From positions 1-64,000 of IMG/VR virus record IMGVR_UViG_3300020198_000006: a DNA stretch of 64,000 nt. One strand, written 5' to 3'. The notes beneath the pieces are model-generated. The model was given only the letters and a program-made list of their open reading frames with translations. It did no database searches and was not told the origin of the DNA. The stretch is from a virus. The first letter of the stretch is position 1; every line of letters starts with the position of its first letter. Positions 39,682-49,982 of this stretch are shown one piece after another. Position numbers and translations under genes: made by a program.

Positions 39682-40107
39682 TTAATTCTTTGTTTTGTAG
39701 AAATTAAACAAAGTTTCGTCATTTAATATGGTATCCACTATAGTTACAGATAGGTCTGTGACAATCTTTTTTACCTCTTTAATCTTAATATCGAAGTACT
39801 TGTCCGCATATAAAGTTATCTCCAAATCCATAAAAGACCTTTTGTTGGTTTTTACACCTCTAGTTTTGATGTCTAGGTCCACTATGGATTCTGGCTTGAA
39901 ATATTCAGACCTCAAATCGTAAATTTTCTGTTTTATTTTCCTCCTTGTTTGTGATATGACCCTATCAAAGTCACAATCATCATCGTTTGGCTGCGTCCAC
40001 GAATTTAATTTAACATATATTGTTTTTAAATTTTTATAGTCAACCGTTCCATAACCAATTTTTACGTTTTTATAGACACCAAGTTTTATAAATTTTCCAC
40101 TTTTCAT
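39682..40107 (-). CDS. Hypothetical protein
   Basis: 141-aa ORF in the head module. Confidence 0.6.
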   Translation of the reverse strand: MKSGKFIKLGVYKNVKIGYGTVDYKNLKTIYVKLNSWTQPNDDDCDFDRVISQTRRKIKQKIYDLRSEYFKPESIVDLDIKTRGVKTNKRSFMDLEITLYADKYFDIKIKEVKKIVTDLSVTIVDTILNDETLFNFYKTKN

Positions 40108-40207
40108 TAATATTATTCATACTTAATATATTTTATGGTGTATTTAAAATATACAAAATAAACTTAACAAAACCAAATTTTTTACTTATATTTAAAAAAA
40201 AACGATT

Positions 40208-40399
40208 ATGATTATTGTCAATGTTTCAAAAGAAAAAAACCTTGAATCCGCACTAAAAAAATACAAAAACAAGGTTCACAAAATAAAACAAACTGAAGAA
40301 CTAAAAGGTAGACAAGAATATGTTAAACCATCGGTACAAAAAAGAAGTCAAAAGCTCAAAGCAATTTACAAAGAACAACTAAACAGAACCGATAATTAA
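40208..40399 (+). CDS. rpsU: 30S ribosomal protein bS21 (phage-encoded)
   Basis: NLESALKKYK.KV....ELKGRQEYVKPSV.KR; Tyr at position 54; opposite strand within the head genes. Confidence 0.9.
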   Translation: MIIVNVSKEKNLESALKKYKNKVHKIKQTEELKGRQEYVKPSVQKRSQKLKAIYKEQLNRTDN

Positions 40400-41133
40400 T
40401 CCAAGTTCTTATTTAATTCAATAAGTCTATAGTAATTAAACTTACTAATTTCTGATTCGGTAATATCCTTCTTAACCTCTGTTAACTTTGTCAGCAAAAA
40501 AGAATCAGAATTCTCCTTTAAAATCTTTTCAATTTTCTGAGACATACTTTCTCTCAATGAATTCATCTCCGTATTTAATTCTTCGGGTTTCATTGAAACG
40601 ATTTTCTTAAAGGTTTCCTTTTGTCCATCATTCATAAAATCAGTAAACTTCGTATTAAAGTTGTTTACCAATACCGCAGTAAGTAATGATTGATTATTGG
40701 TATAAGATGCTGATTCCGAAACATTAGATGATTTTGGTGAAGTAAGATGTGATATGAGTCTTTGTTTGGCGTTTACCTTTCTTTCAACATTTAACAATGA
40801 TGTTTGTTCAGATAAAACATCTAAACAATCATAAACTTCATTTTTTAAAGGAGTTACACTTTTTAAAATGTTGCTAAGATTAGATACCCCCTCATCCAAT
40901 AGTTTTGATTTTTCTACTAAAAGGGTTTCTATTTGTTCAACAAACAATCTAGCGGTATCCACATTTGGAATGTGTTTATTTTCGACATCTCCATAAAACA
41001 AATACATTTCAATCAAATTTTTATTTGATTTGATTTGTTTTAATAAATCTTTTACATCTGATTTTTTATCAGAAGCGAAAGACTCGGTTAATTTAACCAA
41101 CAATTTTGTTTTTACATTACCAAAATTTGACAT
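40396..41133 (-). CDS. Hypothetical head-module protein
   Basis: 245-aa ORF immediately downstream of portal. Confidence 0.6.
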   Translation of the reverse strand: MSNFGNVKTKLLVKLTESFASDKKSDVKDLLKQIKSNKNLIEMYLFYGDVENKHIPNVDTARLFVEQIETLLVEKSKLLDEGVSNLSNILKSVTPLKNEVYDCLDVLSEQTSLLNVERKVNAKQRLISHLTSPKSSNVSESASYTNNQSLLTAVLVNNFNTKFTDFMNDGQKETFKKIVSMKPEELNTEMNSLRESMSQKIEKILKENSDSFLLTKLTEVKKDITESEISKFNYYRLIELNKNLD

Positions 41134-41134
41134 C

Positions 41135-42931
41135 TTATTTTTCGTTTAATATATTTTTTAATTTATTTTCTATCTCATAAATATTCTGTTGGGCCTTATT
41201 AATATCAAAAAGGTCATTAATATTGTCACCCTCACCTAACATTCCCAAAATATTACGTTTTTTAGTTGATTCACTTAATGGTGCTGCCGGTCCTGCTCCC
41301 GCCAGTGGTGGAGGTTCACCCATATTACCACCCGGAGTGGCTACTTCACCAGCGGCCCCAGCCTCCTGTCTTTCTTCTTCAGGTACACCATACTTTGCAT
41401 CCACATCGTCAAATACACCTGAACGTTTAATAACGATTTGTGTATTTTGTAATTCCATACCCACGGCTCTTTCAAGTCTTTGTTGTTGTAAATCCAACAA
41501 CACCTCACTATCACTCATTCCAAGAATATTTTTCTTAGCCCATGTATGTGATACTGGTAAGATACCAACTTGAGATTGGTCAGACGTGGCATTTTTATAA
41601 AGTTCAATCTTTTCTTTCCATTGTTCAATCCTTAATAAATCAGATTGTGCTGATGGATTTGTTAATGAAAGAGTGAAGTTATTTAATTCATCTTCCATTC
41701 CAAGAAGATATAAGTGAACAAGAGCAATCTTATTCAATTCTTGAATTAAAGATTTTTGAATTCTATTGATTGTTCTTGCGAAACGAATATCCATTAACGC
41801 AAGTTGTTTACCGTCACCAACAACTTCTTCAAATCCTAAGAATGCCTTTGGAATTCTAAGAGCGGCTAATAATTTCTTTTGAATATATTCAATATCCGCA
41901 ATCTCTCCTAGGTTTTGTGCTCCCGCTAAAGTTTCAATCGGGTTAGTTTGTGATGGGTCACGAATTGGAATAAAATAATCTTGGTCAACCGCCATTTGAT
42001 TATATCTCATATCAACCTGACCATTTCTTGGGTCAACTACTTGGTCTCTTTTGAATTTATTAGCAACACGTTGAACATATTGTTCAATGTCCTTATCATC
42101 CATGTTACCAACAAATACTTTAAATACGCGTCTTTCGGGTGCTCTCGTTGTTCTATAAATCAACATCGCGTCTTCTGCAAGAAGTAATTGTTTCCAAATT
42201 CTTCTAATCTTGTCCAACATGGATGTACCATATGGAAGTTTTCTATCATCACCAAGTAATCTAAAATGTGCGATTTCCCAAGCTTGAAATTCCAATTCTT
42301 TATTTTTCCATTGGAATCTTAATTCTCTTGTTGGTGCTTTAATGTCTCTTTGATGTGGTGTCTTTGATTCCCTACCCTCTATTCTCTCTATTTCAATATT
42401 TGGTAATTGTTGGCAACCAATGATACCCTTTTCGGGGTCAATTTTTAAATAAACAAAATCATCACCATACTTACAAACGCCTCTAGCCCACATCTGTAGG
42501 TTTGTGTTTAAATCTAAACGATTGATAAATAAGTCTTCTAAAATTTGTTTGATACGACTTGACTCCGAGAATATTGTTAGAATATCGCCCTTCTCAGAAA
42601 GTGTCGTAGACTCTTCAGCATAGATATCAAGTGATGCTGAAATTTCAGGAGTAAACTCCATGGATTCGTAGTCATAATATGCCGCTAATCTATTTGGTTC
42701 ATAATAGACGGATTGGTTATAAAGAGATTGTTCGAGTTTTGTCCATTTATCTGCAATGTATTGACTCTGTTGAGCTTGTAACATTGCTTTCTCATACTCT
42801 TCTCTACTATTGGTTTTTATTATCTCATCCCTCGAAAAATTAAATGACGGGGTCTCTTCAGGTCTTTGATTACCCGCAAACCCAAACATTTTGGTTAATC
42901 TTTGGAATACTGTTAAATTATTATCCGCCAT
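41135..42931 (-). CDS. Portal protein (T4 gp20-like)
   Basis: PEISASLDIYAEE, QLLLAEDAMLIYRTTRAPERRVF, DYFIPIR, IETLAGAQNLGEIADIEY. Confidence 0.96.
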   Translation of the reverse strand: MADNNLTVFQRLTKMFGFAGNQRPEETPSFNFSRDEIIKTNSREEYEKAMLQAQQSQYIADKWTKLEQSLYNQSVYYEPNRLAAYYDYESMEFTPEISASLDIYAEESTTLSEKGDILTIFSESSRIKQILEDLFINRLDLNTNLQMWARGVCKYGDDFVYLKIDPEKGIIGCQQLPNIEIERIEGRESKTPHQRDIKAPTRELRFQWKNKELEFQAWEIAHFRLLGDDRKLPYGTSMLDKIRRIWKQLLLAEDAMLIYRTTRAPERRVFKVFVGNMDDKDIEQYVQRVANKFKRDQVVDPRNGQVDMRYNQMAVDQDYFIPIRDPSQTNPIETLAGAQNLGEIADIEYIQKKLLAALRIPKAFLGFEEVVGDGKQLALMDIRFARTINRIQKSLIQELNKIALVHLYLLGMEDELNNFTLSLTNPSAQSDLLRIEQWKEKIELYKNATSDQSQVGILPVSHTWAKKNILGMSDSEVLLDLQQQRLERAVGMELQNTQIVIKRSGVFDDVDAKYGVPEEERQEAGAAGEVATPGGNMGEPPPLAGAGPAAPLSESTKKRNILGMLGEGDNINDLFDINKAQQNIYEIENKLKNILNEK

Positions 42932-42993
42932 TTATATAAATAGTTTTCTTTAAAAGATAATTAATTTCTTCAGTATAATAAAGTTGTGTGGCG

Positions 42994-44769
42994 TTATTTT
43001 TTTTTAGAGAAAAGCCAAGAATATTCCTTGTATTGGTCCTTACCTGGTACCCCAAAAGTTGTATTTACAATTTGTTTTCCGTCAGTTTGCATTGCACCAA
43101 TTTGGTCAAATGCAGTTCCATATGAATAAAAAGATTTCTTTGTTTCATATGTTCTTTCAGATAAAGTCCAAGATTCCATCATTGCTTTGTTTTTGGAATT
43201 ATTTCTCTGTAACTGATTAAAACTTATGTCTCCAGCATATAACGCCATTGACAAACTCATAATGGCATCGTCATGATGACCCTTCATATGGTCGGGTCTT
43301 CCATTTAAGTAAACAAACGTACTTAATTCATTTAATAAACGACTTGACCTAACACCAAATCCCTTTCTCAATTGTTCTTCAAATGCCGCGACAATTTGAG
43401 TTCTTTTGTTGTTAAAATTGATACCGGGAATTTTTTCCATTGCTTTTTTATTATAATCCCAAATGTTCTTGGTATTCATCCCATCAATAAACAAGTTTTT
43501 GTAATTCATTTCTTGTAGTTTTCTTGATGTAGCAATACCCATTCCACCAGTAATATCAATCACAATGAACGCGTCATAAAGAATACCCCATTTGTAACAT
43601 ACTCCCGCCAAATCGTCTGGCGGCATTTTACCAATATATTCTGCAACTTGTTCTCTTTCATCAAAATCAATAATGCTTATCGAGGAAAAATCTTCACTAT
43701 CTCCGCGACTAACATCCACACCCATAATATATCTGTTACCTTGTACAGGTTCTTTCCATTGCCAAAAAGTACCATTAATGTATTTTTCTTTAGGTACTCT
43801 AATTAAATTTTTTGCTATATGTTCTTGCATCTCACCCGGTATAACCCCATCACCTGAACCTAAAAAGTCACACTCTAATTCCTGTGCAATTTTTCTCCTA
43901 TCGTACTTAAACTTTTTCGCCATTGATTCAAACCATGATGAAAATGGTTTATAACCCTGTTCTTCATACCCTTGATATTTTTCTATATCAAATTCATATA
44001 AAACTACTTCATTATCGTCGTATTGCTCTCTATTCAACATATAATGAACAATGTCATTACACTTAACCCATCTTAAATCTTTTGTATATCGAGGGTCTTT
44101 AAACCAACGTAAATTTGAAATATGAAAATCATTTATTTTACGAATTGCTTGGTCGTATACACCATAATAAATTGGGTCATATCCGTTTGGGGTTGAGATA
44201 AGAATAATCTTACCTCCTGTAGACAGGGACGCCATAGACGCCGCCCAAAAGTCATCTCCCGCTTCGATATATGCTGCCTCGTCAAAAATAAGAATTGTGG
44301 GAGTATAACCACGTAGAGCATCCGCGGATGTTGCAACCGCTTTTACTTCACAACCATTATTTAATCTAAATCTACTTTCAGAGTTTTTATCGGGAGAAAA
44401 CCCGACATTAATCCACTCTGGCCATTGGCCTAAGAAATAACGAATTTTATTTGCCATTTCTATCGCCGTATCACGTTTGTTTGCAATTACAAGTACCCTT
44501 TCGGGATTATCAGTATTTGCCAATTGTATTCTTCTTGAAATCCATGCCGCGGTTACCGTAGACACCCCCGCCTGTCTATACTTTCTTGTTATGTTATCAT
44601 TATATTCTTCATAATCTTTAAGTAACTGAATTTGGTCTGGAAATAAATCCAATGGAACAAACTTTTTTTGCGTATTATCATAAGTTGTTAAGTATGTTTT
44701 TAATGCATACACAACATCTTTTTTAATACGAGCAAATTCTTTTAATTGTAATAGTTTTTGATTGTCCAT
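42994..44769 (-). CDS. Terminase large subunit (T4 gp17-like)
   Basis: KYRQAGVST, IFDEAAYI, ISTPNG, QELEC.F.GSG, GVDVSRG...DFS, HDDAIMS. Confidence 0.96.
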   Translation of the reverse strand: MDNQKLLQLKEFARIKKDVVYALKTYLTTYDNTQKKFVPLDLFPDQIQLLKDYEEYNDNITRKYRQAGVSTVTAAWISRRIQLANTDNPERVLVIANKRDTAIEMANKIRYFLGQWPEWINVGFSPDKNSESRFRLNNGCEVKAVATSADALRGYTPTILIFDEAAYIEAGDDFWAASMASLSTGGKIILISTPNGYDPIYYGVYDQAIRKINDFHISNLRWFKDPRYTKDLRWVKCNDIVHYMLNREQYDDNEVVLYEFDIEKYQGYEEQGYKPFSSWFESMAKKFKYDRRKIAQELECDFLGSGDGVIPGEMQEHIAKNLIRVPKEKYINGTFWQWKEPVQGNRYIMGVDVSRGDSEDFSSISIIDFDEREQVAEYIGKMPPDDLAGVCYKWGILYDAFIVIDITGGMGIATSRKLQEMNYKNLFIDGMNTKNIWDYNKKAMEKIPGINFNNKRTQIVAAFEEQLRKGFGVRSSRLLNELSTFVYLNGRPDHMKGHHDDAIMSLSMALYAGDISFNQLQRNNSKNKAMMESWTLSERTYETKKSFYSYGTAFDQIGAMQTDGKQIVNTTFGVPGKDQYKEYSWLFSKKK

Positions 44770-44783
44770 ATATATAAATATGA

Positions 44784-44810
44784 AAAAAGGGTGATTTTAC
44801 CACCCTTTTC
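44784..44810 (-). terminator. Terminator upstream of terminase
   Basis: AAAAAAGGGTG-loop-CACCCTTTT inverted repeat. Confidence 0.6.
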
Positions 44811-44825
44811 TTATTATCTCCATTA

Positions 44826-46166
44826 TTAACTGCTAGGGTCGTCATCAGATAAGCTTATTCCAAGACCTCCTAAGAAGTCCCCAAGGTCATTATCGTCAGT
44901 ATTATCTGTAATGTTATCTAAATCTTCATTAAATCTGGCGACAGCATCTTGATAGTTTTGGTCTTTGAACATTTGGTCAATACCTTGCATCAATTCACCC
45001 ATCAAATGTTTACCCTTCTCAGAACCCGAAACAACTTCTTTCATGAATACTAAAAAATGTTTTGCGGGAAGTTTAAAAATTTCAACCAACAAATAGTTTT
45101 GTAACTCTACTTTATTTTCATTAGTTAAAATATCTTCAGGGAATTGTCTTCTAATTCTATCCCAAATTGCGGGACCTAAACGTAAATCCCACATCTCTTT
45201 TTCAATAGTATCTTCAGAACCTTCAATTTCTGACCACGCTTCCGCGTCTTCATTACCCTCTTCGTCAGTAGGTTTTCCTTGAATTGCAAATAATTCCATA
45301 ATACCTTTAATCAATTCATGAACAAGTATTGGAAAATTAATACCTCTAGCAACGATTGTCGGAGGATTGGTATTTCTTTTTACTTCTTCCTTTCCACCAA
45401 CTGAACCACCACCTTCAGGTCCTCCCATCATCATTCTCATTGTCTCATCACTTAACTGCCAATATAGAGTGTCATTAATTGACATCAAAATACCATATTG
45501 GGCAATTATATTATCTGAACCTGTAATTTCTCTGATTCTATCTGCTGCGTAGTGATACATGTAGTGACCTTTCTTAGAAGCACCCTGTATCATATTATTT
45601 ATAAGTCTTCTTTTCGCCTTTTCCATGGTCATTGACTCTAAATCTGTCATCAAATCTTGTTCAATATCGACAGGGTCAAGGTTTTGTTGTTGTTGTATTT
45701 CTCGATTGAAGTTTTGAGTATCAATTTCACCCATACCAACAATCTTAGCATCGAATTGTAATGACCCTTCAGGTATCCCCATTTCTTTCATCACTAATTC
45801 AACCGCGAGTCTTTCTAATTCTTCTCTATGTGCAGACTCAGTTTGAACAATTTCATTATGGGCCGTCATCATCATTTGAGCCAACGGCATGATACCTTGT
45901 TCACCTTGCATAGGAGTATTAACACCAGTATATTCTCTAACTTTCGATACTACTTGTCTGTATCTTTCAGAAGCAAGTAATTCTTGGAAATTATTATTAG
46001 GTTCCTCTCCTGTTGATGGTAAAGGAATTTTTTTTAATGGCGTATCTCCTCGTGATAATTTATCTTGTAAACCCTGATATGGTCTATCAGGTGTATCAAA
46101 GCCCATCGCCATTTCGTCTATGTTTTCCCTTAATATAGACAATAAATTCTTTTTAGAAAACTCCAT
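44826..46166 (-). CDS. Conserved-looking hypothetical late protein
   Basis: 446 aa; KRRLINNMIQGA, FPILVHELIKG, WDLRLGP. Confidence 0.6.
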   Translation of the reverse strand: MEFSKKNLLSILRENIDEMAMGFDTPDRPYQGLQDKLSRGDTPLKKIPLPSTGEEPNNNFQELLASERYRQVVSKVREYTGVNTPMQGEQGIMPLAQMMMTAHNEIVQTESAHREELERLAVELVMKEMGIPEGSLQFDAKIVGMGEIDTQNFNREIQQQQNLDPVDIEQDLMTDLESMTMEKAKRRLINNMIQGASKKGHYMYHYAADRIREITGSDNIIAQYGILMSINDTLYWQLSDETMRMMMGGPEGGGSVGGKEEVKRNTNPPTIVARGINFPILVHELIKGIMELFAIQGKPTDEEGNEDAEAWSEIEGSEDTIEKEMWDLRLGPAIWDRIRRQFPEDILTNENKVELQNYLLVEIFKLPAKHFLVFMKEVVSGSEKGKHLMGELMQGIDQMFKDQNYQDAVARFNEDLDNITDNTDDNDLGDFLGGLGISLSDDDPSS

Positions 46167-47041
46167 TATTTTTTCTTTTTTTCTTCTCTCAACGCTTTTG
46201 GTTTAGGGTCCTTTCCGGGTCCTGGCTCATATGGAGTTTTTGGTTTACTTGGTTTTTCAGTTGGTGGTGCATCGGGAATTACTTCCGGCGGCGCCGGTTT
46301 AGTTTCAGGTCGATTACCCACAATTGAATCATACGTCATGAATTCAGGAACACCGTTGTGACCTTTTCTCGCCTTAGTCATTGGCATTGGTGATGCGGTC
46401 TCTGTAATTTTTTCTGTAATTATCGATAAAATATCAGACTTAGAAGTAAATTGTGAGAATTTTGATTCTGTTAAACCCATAACCCACTCATTCATACTTC
46501 TTTTTTTAGCATTAGAAGTCTCAATCATTTTTTTTATACATGCTTTAACCTCTTCATCTGTTACCTTTCTTCCTAATTTTTTTTCCATCTCAGTTTTAAA
46601 CCATGACATAGACATCTTCTTAGAATCTTCTTCATCAAGCTCGTAACTCTTTTTACCTCTAGCACTATATTTTGATTCTTCCTTTTTTTTGTCTCTGATT
46701 GTCTTTTCACTAAATCTACCATCATACGCCCCTTGCTTAATCATATTATCTCTCTTCGCGCCTCGCCTAATTGAATCGAGTTTTGATGCAATCTCATCCT
46801 TGTTAGGTATTTTGGTTTCATCCTCTTTCATTTCTTCCTCGTATGTAACGATTGTTTGATTTGATTTTTTAGCCTTATCGACTTTCTGTGCAAGTTGTGG
46901 GTCTTTTTTAGATATCATCACATCTTCTTCAGATAGTACCGTTTTAGCTAAAGTGGTGAGTTGTCCATCACTCAAACGAGACAAGGTTTTTTCAGAAAAA
47001 CCTTCAAATAACAACTTTTCAATTATGTCTTTACGTTTCAT
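46166..47041 (-). CDS. Hypothetical charged protein, probable head-internal
   Basis: 291 aa; many I/L-x-E sites; Pro-rich C-terminus. Confidence 0.55.
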   Translation of the reverse strand: MKRKDIIEKLLFEGFSEKTLSRLSDGQLTTLAKTVLSEEDVMISKKDPQLAQKVDKAKKSNQTIVTYEEEMKEDETKIPNKDEIASKLDSIRRGAKRDNMIKQGAYDGRFSEKTIRDKKKEESKYSARGKKSYELDEEDSKKMSMSWFKTEMEKKLGRKVTDEEVKACIKKMIETSNAKKRSMNEWVMGLTESKFSQFTSKSDILSIITEKITETASPMPMTKARKGHNGVPEFMTYDSIVGNRPETKPAPPEVIPDAPPTEKPSKPKTPYEPGPGKDPKPKALREEKKKK

Positions 47042-47439
47042 ATCTCTTTAAATTTTAGTTCTTGTTTTTCTAATAAATACCCTCTCGATTTTAATTTTTT
47101 TGTTACCGATTCGATACTTTCACCAAAACGAAAAAACAATCTTTCAAACTCTAAATCGAAATTAGATTTTTCCCAAGCCATGGCGATTATACCATCCACA
47201 GCATCAATAACACCGAAGTAGTCTGAATTTTGAATTAATTCTAAAACCAAATCGGTGTCTTTGAGTAATCCAACCAAGTCTATGTATTCAACCCTTGGGG
47301 ATTTTAATGTCATTGTAGAAGATGCGGGAACGTCAAACCACTCCTCTATGTCAATCTCAGTCCTTTCGCTGAATATGAATTCGTACTGTTTTTGACCTTT
47401 ATAATCTGAGCCGATTTCATTGACATAGATTAGACGCAT
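47038..47439 (-). CDS. Hypothetical protein
   Basis: 133 aa; YEFIFS, DAVDGIIAMAWE. Confidence 0.6.
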   Translation of the reverse strand: MRLIYVNEIGSDYKGQKQYEFIFSERTEIDIEEWFDVPASSTMTLKSPRVEYIDLVGLLKDTDLVLELIQNSDYFGVIDAVDGIIAMAWEKSNFDLEFERLFFRFGESIESVTKKLKSRGYLLEKQELKFKEI

Positions 47440-47440
47440 T

Positions 47441-48439
47441 TTACTTAAAGTATTTTCCTAAAGTCTCTTCAATACTTTTGTTAATATCTCTTTTAATTTC
47501 ATCTAAATCAAGTTCCACCACATCTGTTTCGTTCATACCGATATCAGCAAACTTTCTTAGGTCGATTTCTTCATCTTGAACCGCGGGCATATTAACAAAA
47601 CTCTCTAATTTATCCATTGTTTCGCCCAATTCAGATTCTCCGCTTTCAGGTTCTTCTTTCGCGGGCATTTCTGGTTCCTCCGCTGGTATTTCTGGTTCTT
47701 CACCACCTTCCTCAGATTCTTCTCTTTCAAACTTCTTAGCAATTTCCTCGATATCATCGTCCTCAAGTTTCTCTAAGTTTACTGCCGAAATAACCATATT
47801 AAGAACGTACTTGATATCATCACTTTCCATCTTCTCTTTTTGGTCTCTTAATTCTTGACCAAGTTTACCAGCAAATTTTTGAATTTCCGCCATGTAATCA
47901 GATGGTTTACCTTCTGCACTCATTTCGTCTGACGGCATTTCACCTTCCGGTGCGGCGGGTTCCATTCCCGCATCTTCAGCTGGTGGAGGTGGAATTTCTC
48001 CCCCTTCTGGTGAAGGTGGTGGAGGTGGAATTTCTCCCCCTTCTGGTGCTGGTGGGACTTCCATAGTAGGTTCCGCAGGAGGAGCCTCTTTTTGGTCCTT
48101 ATTTTGTTTTAAAACATATTTTGTAACTTCTTGTAATTCTTGACTTTTAACTAATTCAAGTCTTTTTAATGCTTCGGAATATGACTTAAATTTATTTTTA
48201 TTCTTCATGAATAGACCACCAATGTAGTCTAATGAACCTTCGTTTAAACCCTTTTTAACATAATAACCATCCTTTTCTTTAACAATACCATACACACCAT
48301 TTGCAGACTCAGTTATGTGTTCCACTTTATTTGATTTGGTTACTTTAGGTTTATTACCGTAATAAGTCAATTCAAGAATTCTCTTTAACTTATCATCTCC
48401 GTGAAGTTTTTCACTTCCTAATGGTTTTAAATCTCCCAT
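47441..48439 (-). CDS. Hypothetical acidic/Pro-rich late protein, probable head-internal
   Basis: YGIVKEKDGYYVK; PEGGEIPPPP repeat; late promoter at 48477. Confidence 0.6.
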   Translation of the reverse strand: MGDLKPLGSEKLHGDDKLKRILELTYYGNKPKVTKSNKVEHITESANGVYGIVKEKDGYYVKKGLNEGSLDYIGGLFMKNKNKFKSYSEALKRLELVKSQELQEVTKYVLKQNKDQKEAPPAEPTMEVPPAPEGGEIPPPPPSPEGGEIPPPPAEDAGMEPAAPEGEMPSDEMSAEGKPSDYMAEIQKFAGKLGQELRDQKEKMESDDIKYVLNMVISAVNLEKLEDDDIEEIAKKFEREESEEGGEEPEIPAEEPEMPAKEEPESGESELGETMDKLESFVNMPAVQDEEIDLRKFADIGMNETDVVELDLDEIKRDINKSIEETLGKYFK

Positions 48440-48514
48440 GTTTTTAATTTATTGATTGTATATTATTCTAGTATCCTATAAATATGTGCATATAAAGAAA
48501 AAAATTGGGGCTTA

Positions 48515-49300
48515 CTATTGTGGAAGGGACAATTTTTTATCTCTAACCATTGTTTTTATTGACATTAACTTCTTTATATAACCATTTCTCCTTAACAATT
48601 TAAATGTTAAATTCTCATATGAATATTCACCTCCTGATTCGAGACCACATTGTCTAAATTTCTTAATCTTGTCCTTTAATTCATCTACCTTCTCAGTTAC
48701 GTCCTCTCCCGATTCACCCAATTCATTTAATAAGTCTATCTGTTTTGCGTATTCCTCACCCTTTTCAAGTATTTTTTTCTCATCAATGTCTTCAGGGTTT
48801 TCTAATTTCTTAGGTTCTACCACCCATTCATTATTTAGAACGGAGTATACTCCCGTAGACGTATGTTTTTCATCAATATCTTGAACATAAAGTTCAACGT
48901 CGAAATTTTTTATTGTAATGCTGGTATTGGAGTTCCAAATATTTTTTTTACTATTAAAAAATTCTTTAACTATTGTGTGATAGGATACCGAACTTGCTTT
49001 ACCAGAGTCAAACTCATCTAAATCAATCAATATGTGTAAATCAACATCAGAATAATTTGACCAATTAAAATTTGCCAATGAACCTGTTAATACAATATCA
49101 TATACAAAAAAATCTATATCAACAAACTCTAAAAATTCATTACTTATTGCAAGTAATTTTTCCCTTATTTCTTCTTTTAGTATAAATGTGTCACCATCTT
49201 TATCAAAAATTACATCGGACAAAGAATCTTTTGACCTGAAAGATTTTACAATCTCTTGGTCTTTTTCCATATCTTCTATTAGTTCTGATATTAAACTCAT
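48515..49300 (-). CDS. Pol-beta-superfamily nucleotidyltransferase
   Basis: LTGSLANFNW...SDVDLH (GS...DxD) plus VELYVQD. Confidence 0.75.
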   Translation of the reverse strand: MSLISELIEDMEKDQEIVKSFRSKDSLSDVIFDKDGDTFILKEEIREKLLAISNEFLEFVDIDFFVYDIVLTGSLANFNWSNYSDVDLHILIDLDEFDSGKASSVSYHTIVKEFFNSKKNIWNSNTSITIKNFDVELYVQDIDEKHTSTGVYSVLNNEWVVEPKKLENPEDIDEKKILEKGEEYAKQIDLLNELGESGEDVTEKVDELKDKIKKFRQCGLESGGEYSYENLTFKLLRRNGYIKKLMSIKTMVRDKKLSLPQ

Positions 49301-49542
49301 TTTACTTTACGATACTTGTAATTTTTTGATATAGTACTATTAAAATATTTTCCTTGTGATTCTGCCATACGAAACCTTGTAAAGGTTTCCCATGGAACAT
49401 CATCGTACTCATAAATAGAGCCGTTATTAAATTCCATTAACAACTTCTTATCGTCAGTATTGTAAGTTGACGACTTTAAATTAGAAGAACTAATACTAAC
49501 CTCAATTAGGTTACCCGTGATTTTTTCTGATGTTATACTCAT
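49297..49542 (-). CDS. KTSC domain protein
   Basis: SSSNL....Y......L..EFNNGSIYEY.DVP.......AESQGKYFN..I. Confidence 0.9.
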   Translation of the reverse strand: MSITSEKITGNLIEVSISSSNLKSSTYNTDDKKLLMEFNNGSIYEYDDVPWETFTRFRMAESQGKYFNSTISKNYKYRKVK

Positions 49543-49582
49543 TTTGATATTTTTAATATAATATACTTAATAAATATCAAAA

Positions 49583-49610
49583 AGAAAACCCCGAGAAATC
49601 GGGGTTTCTA
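49583..49610 (-). terminator. Terminator after hsp20
   Basis: AAAACCCCGA-GAAA-TCGGGGTTT, near-identical to the hairpin at 35795. Confidence 0.7.
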
Positions 49611-49982
49611 CTAATTCAAAGAAATGAACCTTTCAAGAGATTTTTTCTTGGATTTTGGAAGAATGATTTCTAATACACCATTTTCTACTTTACCTGTAAT
49701 GTCCTTTTCAGAAACATCATCAGGTAGTGAATAAGTCTTTTTAAAAGAACTTACGAAAGAATAATTGACATTATCGTTTTCTTCCTTTTTATAGGAGATA
49801 GTTAGGATTCCCTCTTTAATTGAAATCGACAAATCTTCTTTTGTCAATCCCGGAACTGAGAGGTAAACCGCATACTCATTATCTCTTGTAAAGAGTTTCG
49901 ATGAATTATCCCTTACAAAGGATGGTCTTTCAAAGAAAGTGTCTAACACGTCTTTGAATGGGTCTCTATAAAATGTAATCAT
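49611..49982 (-). CDS. Small heat-shock protein (Hsp20/alpha-crystallin)
   Basis: VPGLTKEDLSI....GILTIS, SFKKTYSLP, GKVENGVLEIILPK. Confidence 0.93.
   Translation of the reverse strand: MITFYRDPFKDVLDTFFERPSFVRDNSSKLFTRDNEYAVYLSVPGLTKEDLSISIKEGILTISYKKEENDNVNYSFVSSFKKTYSLPDDVSEKDITGKVENGVLEIILPKSKKKSLERFISLN

Noticed and set aside
35795-49610. Near-identical hairpins at 35795 and 49583 as mobile-element ends
   Set aside because: Both are ordinary terminators at gene ends; no transposase or target duplication
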